NCBI GenBank assembly: GCA_039545335.1
Contig: BCIN01000005.1
Coordinates: 1 to 64,000, forward strand
DNA from: Kondoa subrosea
Taxonomy: Eukaryota
Length of the DNA stretch: 64,000 nt
Direction: 5' to 3'
Shown: piece after piece, positions 51,545 to 64,000 of the stretch
Numbering within the stretch: the first letter of the stretch is position 1
Layout of the letters: every line of letters begins with the position of its first letter
Program-made: the position numbers and the translations under genes
Notes under the pieces: generated by a model
What the model was told of the DNA's origin: nothing
Seen by the model: only the letters and a program-made list of their open reading frames with translations
Databases searched by the model: none

Positions 51545-52193
51545 TCAGGTGGACTGCAGCTGACCTTCTTTTGGATATTTGATATCACCGTCTTCGATAT
51601 GCATAGAGAATCCAGGCTTTTCCTGTAGCAGTATCAGCGCAGCTCATAGCAAACACAAGCTGGACTTACGGTGTAGAAGCAGATCTGTACCGCGATTAAG
51701 AGATCAGCTAGCGCTTACAGCAAAAGTATGAATTGCCTTACCGTATTCTTCAGGTCACGGACAGCATCATCAGGTGCCTTGTAGTACCAGGCAAGATCCT
51801 TGTGACCATCAACAGCGTAGTAGTTCGCGTTGCCTTTGAAAGGACAGTGTCTGGAGACGCAAATCTCAATATTGAAGCCCTTTACGACGATGGAATGAAT
51901 TGCGCCCACGATGTTGTATCAGTGCTTGTAAGCAAGTCCATATTCACATCTTTGTTTGGGATGTAAAGACGTAAAGGATAAGCAGCTTTACCAATCTCGA
52001 AGCAAAGTACAGCGGAGGAAGAAGAAGCGACTTGTTTGCCTTGGTAGGATACCGTTGCGAGTCTTGCAGTAGGTGAAGTGACTACTTGATGATTCTGTTT
52101 AGCGAAGGGATTCTTATACGGTAGCTGCACGTCTAAGACCCGTTACTCAGGCTAGCTGATATACTTATCTAGACACTGAGCTTACCTTGCCAT
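51545..52193 (-). CDS. DUF427 family protein
   Basis: LYIPNKDV..DLL..T.TTSHCPFKGNANYY and AWYY motifs. Confidence 0.8.
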
Positions 52194-52660
52194 GTATCTA
52201 CAAGCGATAGATCCACTTCCACTTCCGTTGCTTCAGGATCGTCATTCACCTTTCTCACAGCTCGCGGGCTGAGCTTGTCTCCGCCTTTGAGGTCGGCTAG
52301 AGTAGGGTTTGTAAAGTCCAATAGGCCTGATTTGAAGCTTTGCAGTGGTAAGCGAGCAGTCTTGCCTCTGTTCCATTGTTAGATTGGACCCAGGTAATGA
52401 TGTCTGGCTTGAACGCACTCCACGACATATTTGCTCGCTTCTGCTACCCATTCACCACCAAGTAGAAGTCTCAACCGTTGTGCCATCGTATCGGCTTGCT
52501 CGAGAGAAGTGGTGCTTGCAGGACAAAGCATTGTTTTTCTAGAATTGCTGTCGAAGTCTTGCGCCCTTGCTGCGGCTTGATTGATATCTGAGCGTTCGAT
52601 ACTTTCTGTTATTCCCTTCATCTGCATACCCCTGTATTCTTGTTTCTGCCGCTTCCAAGC

Positions 52661-55600
52661 ATGTCTGAGGTTTCCAATGGTCAAGGTAATTCTATTCGCT
52701 GCATTGTTTCTGCTCTGTCTCAGAGGTTGTGTTTAGTCCTTGTTCCGCGTCTGTATCAGCAGGAAATGTTGGCCAGAGCGGTAATCCCACTGCATAAGCT
52801 AATGCTTGGATCTGATGCGTAACATCAGGAAGAACGCAATACCATAGTGAGTCACATGCTCCTGTATGATAGATACTGCTAAGGTACAATAGGTCCGGCT
52901 GGACACTGGTACTGGAAAGAGTTTGATCGCTATCATGTTGATTCGGATCATGTCTTCAAGGCTTGCAACCGAATTAGATCCAGAAGCGCCAAAGAAGGTA
53001 TGCTCTCTTTGTTGAACAGATGATCTGCTCAAATCGGCTGTCTCCAGATGATTGTCTTCATTGTGCCTACAAGAGAATTGGTCACCCAGCAAGTCGCTTC
53101 GATCAATTCTCAATTACAATTGGTCGTCAGAGGCTTGCGAGTGAGCACTGTATCGAGCTGACTACAGTAGTGCCTGATATTTGCGTGCAGGGCGACGATC
53201 AAGTAGATTTCTGGGACACTGCGCGCTGGAAGAAAGAACTTGAAGGCATTCATGTCCTAGTTCTGACAGCTCAAGTAGGTCGTCAGACCTTCTCCTAGAC
53301 CTGGCTGATCAAGTTATAGATATTCTACAACATGCTTACTCACGCTTATATCAGAATGACAGATGTTTCTCTGTTGATCTTCGATGAATGTCATCAGTAC
53401 GTCTCAGCTAGAATAGCCTAATATCACTCTGAAGGTACCTACAGCGCATCTAAGAGTCACCCTTATGCTAATATCATGCATGAAGGCTATCATCGATTCA
53501 TAGAAGCTAACAAAGGTCGAAATGTGAAACATCTTCTACCTCGAATACTAGGTTTGACAGCAAGTCCGATCTATAACACACGCAATCCACTGAAAGGCAT
53601 TCAGTGAGCCTTTTTGCCCTCTCTATATGATACTGCTGACTAAACTTGCAGAGATTTGGAAGCAGTTCTCGATTCTACAGTAGCAGAAGTCCAAACCTAT
53701 GCTGAAGAACTCAAAGGTCTCTCTAGAAGACCAGTAGAACGAATAGAATACTTCATGCCATCTTTCACTTCGAGCGAAGAAGCGTCTACTTTCAGGGAAA
53801 TGCTCAGAGAATCTCCTGCCGATCGATTCTTTGATGAAAAAGTTGAAAAAGGGTTCGAAAATGTTACCAGAGTATATATGTCACTCATCAACACGGACTT
53901 GACTGATTTGACGAGCAGGATTTGGGCAGTTTGGCAGCGGATGTTTTTGTTGCGCAATGGTTAAACCGCTTTCTGCTGTCGTAAGTACTTGTACCTGGTC
54001 ATATAGATAAATGCTGACATGATGTGCAGATCATCACAAGGCGAAGTTCTGGCAGCCAAAGTAGACGAAATTGCTATCATGCAATACCTACTTGATCGGT
54101 TTGAAGCTCAACTCAAAGGAAGAGTCGTTTCTGATCAGAATTGTACCCCGAAAGTCTGCAAACTCCTTGACCTTCTCTACAACTATCGGGATACGCCGAA
54201 TTTTATGGGTCTCGTCTTTGTACAAACGCGTCCTAATTGTGCTATTCTCTCTCGAATCATTGGCATGACTCATGGATTGGAATGGATCGACTCAGATCAT
54301 CTGGTCGGGCATGGAGAAAATCTGTCTTCTGCTTTGTCTGGCTTGGACTCGAAACAGCAAGCTCGGGTAGTCGCTCGATTCAGGAAAGGCGAACTCAATC
54401 TTCTGGTCTGCTCACAGATAGCAGAAGAAGGACTAGATTTCCCAGCGTGCCGTTGTGTTATACGATTTGATATACCTCAAACCATTACTTCCTATATCCA
54501 AAGTAGAGGTCGAGCAAGAGCTGCTGATTCTGAGTTGGTCATCATGGTGCAAAAGAATTCAGCAGATGAAATTCTAGTCAAGCAATACCCGATCGACGAA
54601 AGAAGTCTCCAGCCTCACTATAATTACGATCATGATGCAAATCCAGATGGTGAGAACGAAGCTGTCAAAGAAGGCCAAATGTTCCCCGTCTTCGAGGTTA
54701 ACTCTGGTGCTATACTTACTTTCACTTCGGCTATTCCACTCCTTCACGAATTCTGCAGTCTACTGCCTCGAGATGAATATACTCCGATCTGCAAACCTTT
54801 CTTCTCTGTTTATAATCTCGGTGGGAAATATCAAGCTACTCTCAGTTTACCTGTCAACGTCTATGTGGATGCTGATGAGCGAAGTGTGATTGGTCCCATG
54901 ATGCCTACTAAAATGATAGCCAAACAAGCTGTAGCATTCGAAGCGGTACAAATGCTTTACGAACGGGAGGCATTCAATGTCAGTGGCTCAGCGCCTGAGA
55001 ATCCTGCTCACTGAATTACTCGCTTTAGGATCATCTTTTGCCCGTTCGTGAAGAGTTTCAAGCAGCAGAAATCGACGGGCATGGCCGCGAAATTGATCCG
55101 TCAAAAGTTGCCGATGAAGTCGAATCGATCTATCACAATCAGCTGGGCAATCTCGAAGATCCCAATTCAAATCTATTCCTTCACCGGCTGTCTTTCCAAT
55201 CTGGAACCTCGCAAGAACAGCAAATCGGTCTGATTGCAGGCAAATTCATCGACCTAAATGATGAGCCTGGTACACTGTACGATAGCGCTATAGAAGGATC
55301 ACTGCAGTTTCAGATGACTGGAGTCTTGCCTCTGGTCTGGGACCCTGATGAGCGATCAAACCATATGACTTCGATCAAAACTTTCAACCATTCTATTCTT
55401 CAAATTGCGTGTAACAGGAGATATATCCGAAAGTACACAGAAGCACCTCTTTATCAGCTTGTAGTACCACTGATCGGCAAAAGCATGAACATTGATTGGG
55501 ATCTCATCTACTCACCCTTCGGCGATCAGCCAGACGAGAAGACTCCAAGAGGACAGCTGTTGGTCGCACCGGATGTTCATCGTCTGCGTTGGGCTCGTAT

Positions 55601-57646
55601 ATTCTGGTTCGAACGAAACCGACCAGATCTCAGTTTGGATACCTATATCGAAAGAGACATGCTGCTAGACAGAAACCCTCAAGAACTTGATACCTATGGA
55701 GCCTTCTTCCGAGACATAGAAAAGGGATACAAACTAGATCATCTGTGGAATGATGAACCTCTGATCGAAGTTGTGCCAGTGCGATTACCTGTTTCTTATG
55801 TCTTACCTCCAACGAAAGAGGATATGAGTGAGAAACACAACGGCATAGTGCCTCAATCTATATGTCATACAAGCAACCTGGACTTTGAATTCTGGCGGGT
55901 AAGTTGACGCTCACTTGTGGCTTCAATAAGCTGAGACCGCTAGTAGATTATTCGCATGCTGCCCAGTTGGAGTCGCCTGATAGTCGACAGGATGCGAGTT
56001 ACTCAGACTATGAAAGAGCTGGAAATGCCGCCAATCAGACAAGATCTCGTCTTACAAGCGCTCACTTTACCATCTTGTGCGATTGGTTACGATTACGAAA
56101 GTGCGATAGATCTTCTATAAGTAAAGCTGCGCTGACTAAATTATAAGCTTTGGAAACACTTGGCGACTGCTTCCTCAAATTGGCGACGTCGGTCCACATC
56201 TTCAACTATTGGCCTAAGAAGCAAGAAGGTTTCATGTCACAAATCAGACGCAACAGTATAGACAGTAAGTCAAGATCGTAGCAACAAGTCATTGCTGACC
56301 GGCGCATAGATCAATTTCTCCGCAAACATGCTCTCACTTTGGATTTGCCGAACTATTTCATTTCCGATGTCTACAAAGCGGCTGAAGTTTGGACACCGCC
56401 GACGATGGATTGCGATCCGATTGACGGTGGTCTGTATTTGAGACGCATGGTGGCAAGACGCACCCTCAGTGATGTGATGGAAGCCCTTCTCGGTTCAGCG
56501 ATAGCGACAGCCGGAGTAGAAATGGGTCTAGTCGTTGGTACGAAGCTGGGAATGTGCTTTGGAGGCTCAGAAGCATGGGCAACTCGCTACCAATTGGCCG
56601 AATCTCGGTCAACCCTTATTCCTGCCAATCTGGAAATACTCGAAACCGATTTGGGTTATAAATTTCGCGACAATCGATTGCTGTTGGAAGCCCTGATGCA
56701 TCGCTCTTGTCCCTCAGCTTCTTTAGCAAGCCGATCGTACGAAAGACTGGAATTCCTGGGAGACGCTATCATCGATTTCTATGTGGTGCAGCGAGCATAC
56801 AGAGCGAAACCGGATATCGCCCCTCAGCATCTCAGTCGATTCAAGCAAACTCTGGTCTCAAACGGAAGTTTAGCTTATCTTGCCGTAACGAAGCTCAATC
56901 TCCACAAATGTGTTTTGCATGGCAGTAATGCTCTTACCGCAGCTCATGCTCGAGCTGAGATCGAGGTCCTCGATCTCAACAACAGGCCATATTGGGAGAG
57001 CGTGTTTCTCTGGTATGTGTCCGCTTGCAGCTCAAACCTGTTAAGTGACAATGAAGACGAAACAGGGATCCACCTAAAACACTAGCAGATTGCTTTGAAG
57101 CGATCATTGGTGCTATATTGGTCGACTCCAACTATAATTTAGAAACCATCGACGAAGTTCTAACCAAAATGATGGATGATTTGTTTGTGACTGTACCGCT
57201 GGAATGCCCAGACGATCCTATCTCTCGACTCAAACACATTCAACAAAATCGTTGTTGTAATCTGATCAAGAGCAAGTATGTCCTCTTATCTGACTTGAAA
57301 ACATTGGCTCACGTGCTGATTATTTTGCAAAAGACCGGAAGCTCGAGCACCTCAGCAGCTCTGTACTTGGAACGTCACCTTCCATGGTCAACTGATAGGC
57401 ACCTATGCAGCTCAATCCAAAGTGGTGGCAGAACAAGGAGCTTGTCTTGAAGCTGCTGAATGGTGCGCCAGCCAGACAGTGGACCGGTTAGACAAACTTT
57501 GTCCTTGCAAGAAACGACAAATAGAGCAATCCAGTGAGCATCTTCTTGTACAAAGTGCTGCAAATGCTAATATATATTACTATAGATCTTGCGAACGGAC
57601 AGAAAGCCCAGGCAAAGGCGGCAGCCAAAATTGCAGAACTGTATAG
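52661..57646 (+). CDS. Dicer-like protein (DExD helicase, DUF283, two RNase III domains)
   Basis: DTGTGKS, FDECH, LGLTASP, AEEGLD, YIQSRGRAR, LETLGDCFLK, SDVMEALLG, ERLEFLGDA and ADCFEAIIG. Confidence 0.95.
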
Positions 57647-57710
57647 ACCGTATATATTGGATGGTAAGGTGATAGATGATGACGATATAGAGGAAGACGA
57701 GTAGATGTAT

Positions 57711-58674
57711 TTATAGAGATCCGAGGAGCTTTGACACTTCGCTGTGATCTGGAATTGCACTTGAGCGAATTGCGCCAGCAAGAAAGACGTGACTCACCGC
57801 TGAGTGATTTCATACGATGTATAAACGAGCAAGACAAGTCGTGGTCCGCAGCTGTATGTCTCATTAGCTGGGCAAACACTCATTGCGATAAGACTCGCTT
57901 CTCGACAAAATCAGCTCGCCTCCGAGCTGACTTGTACTGCCGCCAGCTCCCGTGAAATTGCCCATCTTGAGAGTACTTTGTATTGAGCTGCCAATCATGC
58001 CCAAGTAGCTTCTTTTGCTATACAAATGCATACCTTCAAGATTAGCTGATCAATCCAATCTGAACAAATAGGACGCACGAGTAGACGCTTTGGATATTCG
58101 TATCCAATCCTTTGACCTTATTCATCTCCAGCGCTCTGTAGAGTAAAGCAGATGGATCGGCATAGACTTGGTAAGGCAAATCTAGAAGTTCTTTGTAGGG
58201 TTTGACTGATTCAAAACTTATCAGCATGACCATCAAGACTCTTGATTGAAAGACTCACTCATGCTAGCATCACCGCAGCCTATAACTATCAGTTGCGAAT
58301 TCCGTTGGTTCAATTGCTCGGCCGACTTTCGACACAATATGCTTCAGACATAGCATAGCAGAGACATAGCATATCATACGATCAAATCGGACTGCTGCAG
58401 GTACATGAGGTAGTCTTGACATAGCTAGAATGACGGGCAGAATCTCAGCGTATGAAAGCAGAAGTGAAGCAGGAGAAACTACACCGCAGCGAAAGTGACG
58501 AATAAAGACGACAATCTGTTGCAGGGCGTCTCACAATGAGCTCAAGCCAGGAATGAGACGCACTGTTGTTTTGTCAATCAGATCTCCAAAGACGCGTTCT
58601 CGCTTATCAATGTCCAAAACAGTCTCTTGCGCTATTGCGGCTAGGACGATAGAGTTTGGAACAGGTTCAGACAT
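57711..58674 (-). CDS. AhpC/TSA-like (peroxiredoxin-like 2) thioredoxin-fold protein
   Basis: IVVFIRHFRCGLCQDY, LIVIGCG and YQVYADPSALLYRALEM. Confidence 0.8.
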
Positions 58675-58835
58675 TTGATCTCAAGGTGTTGTATCTTGGA
58701 CACTGCTATACACCACCGAAGGTTAACAAAAGAGAAATATTCAACGCGATGAACTTCAATACAGCTGATGATGATGATCGGTACAAGCTATTCTACAGGT
58801 AATACAATTGTCCATATCCATCTCATACCCCATCA

Positions 58836-60127
58836 TTATTGCTGCACAACAAGAGTCGGGACTTTGGAAACAGGTTTTAGCCAACTGATGACTTGCTTCC
58901 AGCACTTCTTGCTGCTCAAAGGCATCAGTTGTAATAATGGAACAGGTACTTCAGACATACTCTATCTGCATGTGTTCTCCGTCGCCTACATTATTAAAAT
59001 CAGCTAAGCTTCTTCAATGAGACCGGGCAAAGAAACCTCACAGATCCCGTAATGCAACGCGCCTCTCTCATCTAGCACTTTCAAGCCTATGTAGTCTTCT
59101 TTGTAGATCGGTAGGTTTTGCAGCTTGATCGGTGTTGGTGAAGTTTCAGATTCGGTATAATTCAAGACGGTGAAAGAAGGAGAAGTGTACGGCACAACAA
59201 CAGTGTCATTCTGCCAAGCCCATCCTTCGTCAGTCCAAAAGTGATATGACAAGACAGGTAAGCACTGACCGTGAAGGAAAGCATGACAAAGTTATCCAGT
59301 TTTGTTAAATTCTCCTTGTACGTCTCATTCCTCGGTGATCGATCTCCATCTCCACCATCCTTGTTCTTCTTCAAATAATCTTCACTCCCTCCAACTTCTT
59401 CATCACCCCATCTCTCGTTGTTAATTTCTCTCAGCCAAGCATTATTGAGCAAGTAAACACCAATATCTCGTTGATTCCTGAAATATTGAGCTGGTACGAC
59501 GCTAGATTGGGCATATTTCGTCCAGATTCCTGCTCGAGCAATGACTTCTGCTGATTTACAGATCCAGTCTCCTGATTTGCATGTTGGTAATTCACTAACG
59601 CCTGTCAGATCATATCGTCTACAAACTTCATAGAATAGAAGATTGTAACAAAAGGACTGACCCATATGCTGACTACCTAGTGTGATGAGATTGTGGCATC
59701 TCGGTTCCGGATGTTGCTGAATCATTGCTACACTCAATCATCAGCGCTTCTCTAATCATCCGATCGGATAGAACACACCTCTGAGTAATTGTCCACCTTG
59801 AGAGAAACCAACAGCATTATAACCACCTTTGAACTCTTCTAACCCTCTGATCGATTTCGCAGCTTCTTCTACTTGTTTCGCAGCAGAACCAAAGAATGAA
59901 GCTTTCCTATCATCACCAGGAAACCCAATCAAGTAAACTGAAGTGTTCAACTCTTGTTTCAGATCGGAAGCGAGAGCTTGTAGACCTTGATTGGAAACGC
60001 TATCACCTAAACCGTGCCATATTACTACTGGTAATGTTGTAGAATTGGAAGATGAGGAAAAGAGATGTTGGATGATTGGTGAGGCAAGACTGAGGGAGAT
60101 TGAGGAGAGAAAGAGCAGTGACCACAT
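58836..60127 (-). CDS. PPT1: Palmitoyl-protein thioesterase
   Basis: Signal peptide, PVVIWHGLGDS, AVGFSQGGQLLR, NLITLGSQHMG and GEHM. Confidence 0.9.
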
Positions 60128-60312
60128 TGCGAGTGACTCAATCCGAGAGCAATTTTTGACAGCCAAGTAAGGAAGATAACGAGACAGCAATGAAGGTGTG
60201 GATCTAGAGTGAACAGAGGGATCGAGCTGCAAGACAGCGCAAGGTATAAAGGCTTCGCTTGAAATGATGGATCCAGGTCAACCCTTCACGACCACAAATA
60301 ATACTTCAAAGG

Positions 60313-61191
60313 ATGTCGGCTGCTGCGGGATCAAAGTTTCGACAGCTCATGGACTCACCTGCTGGTCCAAAGTGAGCTCACGTTCAAGCGTTTTGGCGGA
60401 AAGTTGGGCAAGTTGTGCTGACTTTGGCTCTGTCTCGTTATGCAGGACTGTCTGTACGTGTGGCTGCTTGATGTGTGCTGGATCATCAGCTCATATAGCA
60501 GCGTCATGTGTACAGTCTTCTGTGAGTGCCTCAAGCTGAACTTAGCACGGGTTTTGACTGATTATGCTTTTCTCGTACGAAGGGGCTCCTCTATTCAGTA
60601 AGGGCAATGCATAACTAGCGCTGGAAGTCAGCTTAGTCGGTGTGCGTCTGTTTACAGAATGGTATGCACTTTCTCCAAATCACACACCTAGACAGCTAAT
60701 TTGCATTAATTGGCCAGGTGTCTCGTCGCGGCTGGTATCAGTGATCTGAAACGACCAGCAGAGAAAGTCTCTATTCCTCAGAATATGGGTTCGTTCTGTT
60801 GCTCATTGTGCCATAAGCAGCTGACATTCTGCCATTCTGCCGAACCAACAGCTCTAACCGCAACTGGATGTAGGCTTCTACCTCGATCACCGTAAGTATA
60901 CTGATGCTGGTGTGCAGTTATCTGGGTCCGATACTCTTTCGTAATCACGCCTGTGAACTATTCTCTAGCTGCGGTATGTTGCTTCTTTAGATACCTCTTC
61001 TCCAACTCATTCATTCTTCAGGTCAACGCATTCGTCGGCGCGACTGGTCTATTCTCACTGCAGAAAGCTCTCAGGTATGCTCTGCAGTCGACTGAGATCT
61101 TTCGTTATCTCAAGTCACTCTGCTCGGCTGCAGATGGCGACAAACTGTACCTGGCAAACCAACGAGTTACTATCTAGGCCTAACCAACTAG
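60313..61191 (+). CDS. Mitochondrial pyruvate carrier (MPC2-like) built from micro-exons
   Basis: Spliced AGPKTVFFWAPLFKWCLVAAGISDLKRPAEKVS...ALTATGFIWVRYSFVITPVNYSLAAVNAFVG. Confidence 0.9.
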
Positions 61192-61271
61192 TTTTCTTTC
61201 GTGTATGTATAGCAGGGGTTTCGATGTAATGCATAATCATTTCATGTTCCTTTTCATCTCATTGCAACCAA

Positions 61272-62521
<1,250 letters not shown>

Positions 62522-62539
62522 CATTTCATAAAGACTACT

Positions 62540-64000
62540 TTATGCTTCGATAGCTAATTGTACTTCCGACACGGGAGGGAAGCCAAACGTCGGTGCGGTT
62601 CTCTGAAAGACTATCTGCCCTGTTGAATGCTGGATATACCCCTTCAAATATCCCTGTCCGGTTTTCGTCAGCCCTCAGTACGGCAAAAAGTACAGGTCTG
62701 ATGCACAAAACGGACCTGATCTATCAAACTGACACACATGCATTCCACATCGTCCAGATCCAGACTCTCATCATCAAAAGCAATCAAAGCAGTCTTGAGC
62801 AATAAATCCATCTTGAGAACAGGAGGACGTTTGGAATCAATTTGAGGACGATCGGTGATCCAAAGCCTGTACGATATACTCTTTCTGTAAGCGACAAATT
62901 GCGCAAACAACGAAAAAGGCAATCGCACGTCTTTCTGATCAAGTTCCGCCAACAAATCACTTCCAGTTTCTCTCGCAACAAAAGATAGGTCCCTTTTGAG
63001 ATATGCCAATCTTGCCAATCATCTAAATGAGCTAACAGAGCTGCATAATTGCCTTCCTAATTCGAATCTACTATCAATTTTTTGTCTTCTTCAAGGAAGG
63101 AGAGACGACCGACCTTGAGATGAGAAATCAATGGAAAATATTGATGCTCCAATCCATACATTTGTAAGAGTTGCAAAGATGGGAAATTTCCTAGTGGTAG
63201 TGAAGCAGTAATCAGGTATATCAATATCAGTCTGATGTCCAGCTTTAGAAATGTTGATGACAATGCGAAGAAGGTTCAGACGAACCTTTTGTTCTTCCTG
63301 TGCGAGTTTGTACACATATTGAAAGCCAATGAAAGTTCTCCAACAGCCTGTACGTGCCTAAGTATACTGTGAGAGATCGGTAGAGCATCTTTGCTTACCT
63401 TTCGCAAACGACGCTGAAAGAGGTGTATTCTTCCCATATAATAAGCAAAGGCTACTCTATCCGCTTTCGGATAATCTTCAAGACTTGCTCCTGAGCTTCT
63501 GGTATTCGTAATGACCGTATCACAAAGACGAAGATTGTTGAGCTGCCAAAGATATCAGCGATCGTAGTTGATTAAGCAAGATTGGGGCTTACGTGGAAAT
63601 AGATCTTGAATGTCTCATTCGCCAAGAAGAGGATAGCTTCTCTTTTAGTTCCAGTCCTGAACACTTCCTTAGAGGGGATATATGCGCCTGAACAGCAGGT
63701 AGGCGTACCGATCTGGAGCTACCGTACTTAATGCTCGAGTGAGCGATCTTGCAGCATCAGTACATTTTGGTTGAGCCGGATCTTGAGAAAGTCCATCTGC
63801 CTGTTATCCCCATAGTTCTGTGTCACAAAGATGCTTGGAAGCGTGAATTAAGGACTGACTTGAAATGCTAGGCCAACAAGCCATTGAGTGAGATACCGCA
63901 GAGAAGGGATAAAGAAACCAGCTTCAGGAGATCTGGCCAATAATTGAATCGCTTGACTGAGATACCAAAGTAGATTAGATCCTGTCGTCGAAAGCATGAA
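62540..64000 (-). CDS. PCI-domain protein (CSN12/PCID2/Thp1-like); 5' end outside the window
   Basis: ANETFKIYF, AFAYYMGR, LLREKLEVICWRNL and DDVECMCVSLIDQG..QGYI. Confidence 0.8.

Overview
A compact, intron-rich fungal genome segment. It is a basidiomycete by inference (possibly Pucciniomycotina), from ~45-70 nt GT-AG introns with GCTGAC/CTAAC-type branch points and from gene content. It holds about 27 protein genes: Rif1, a Zn2Cys6 factor, a REX exonuclease, Cdc20, a MAPKK, STE14, two GT90/CAP10 paralogs, an S28 peptidase, RPL38, eRF1, LCL3, Dicer, PPT1, MPC, COQ5, a PCI protein and others. It also holds three tRNA genes and a CRE/Cnl1-like RLE non-LTR retrotransposon. Main unusual signals: (1) a tRNA-Leu(UAA) gene at 2571-2722 with a normal anticodon-loop intron and also a 53-nt mRNA-type (GTATGT...GCTGAC...TAG) intron between the variable arm and T-stem; (2) a probable AT-AC intron with U2-type signals in LCL3; (3) a head-to-tail array of the RLE retrotransposon ending just upstream of that tRNA; (4) ~600-bp inverted repeats, each with a tRNA-Glu(CUC), enclosing a decayed gene. 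Gene spans were spliced by eye. Protein calls come from recognised motifs, not database searches.
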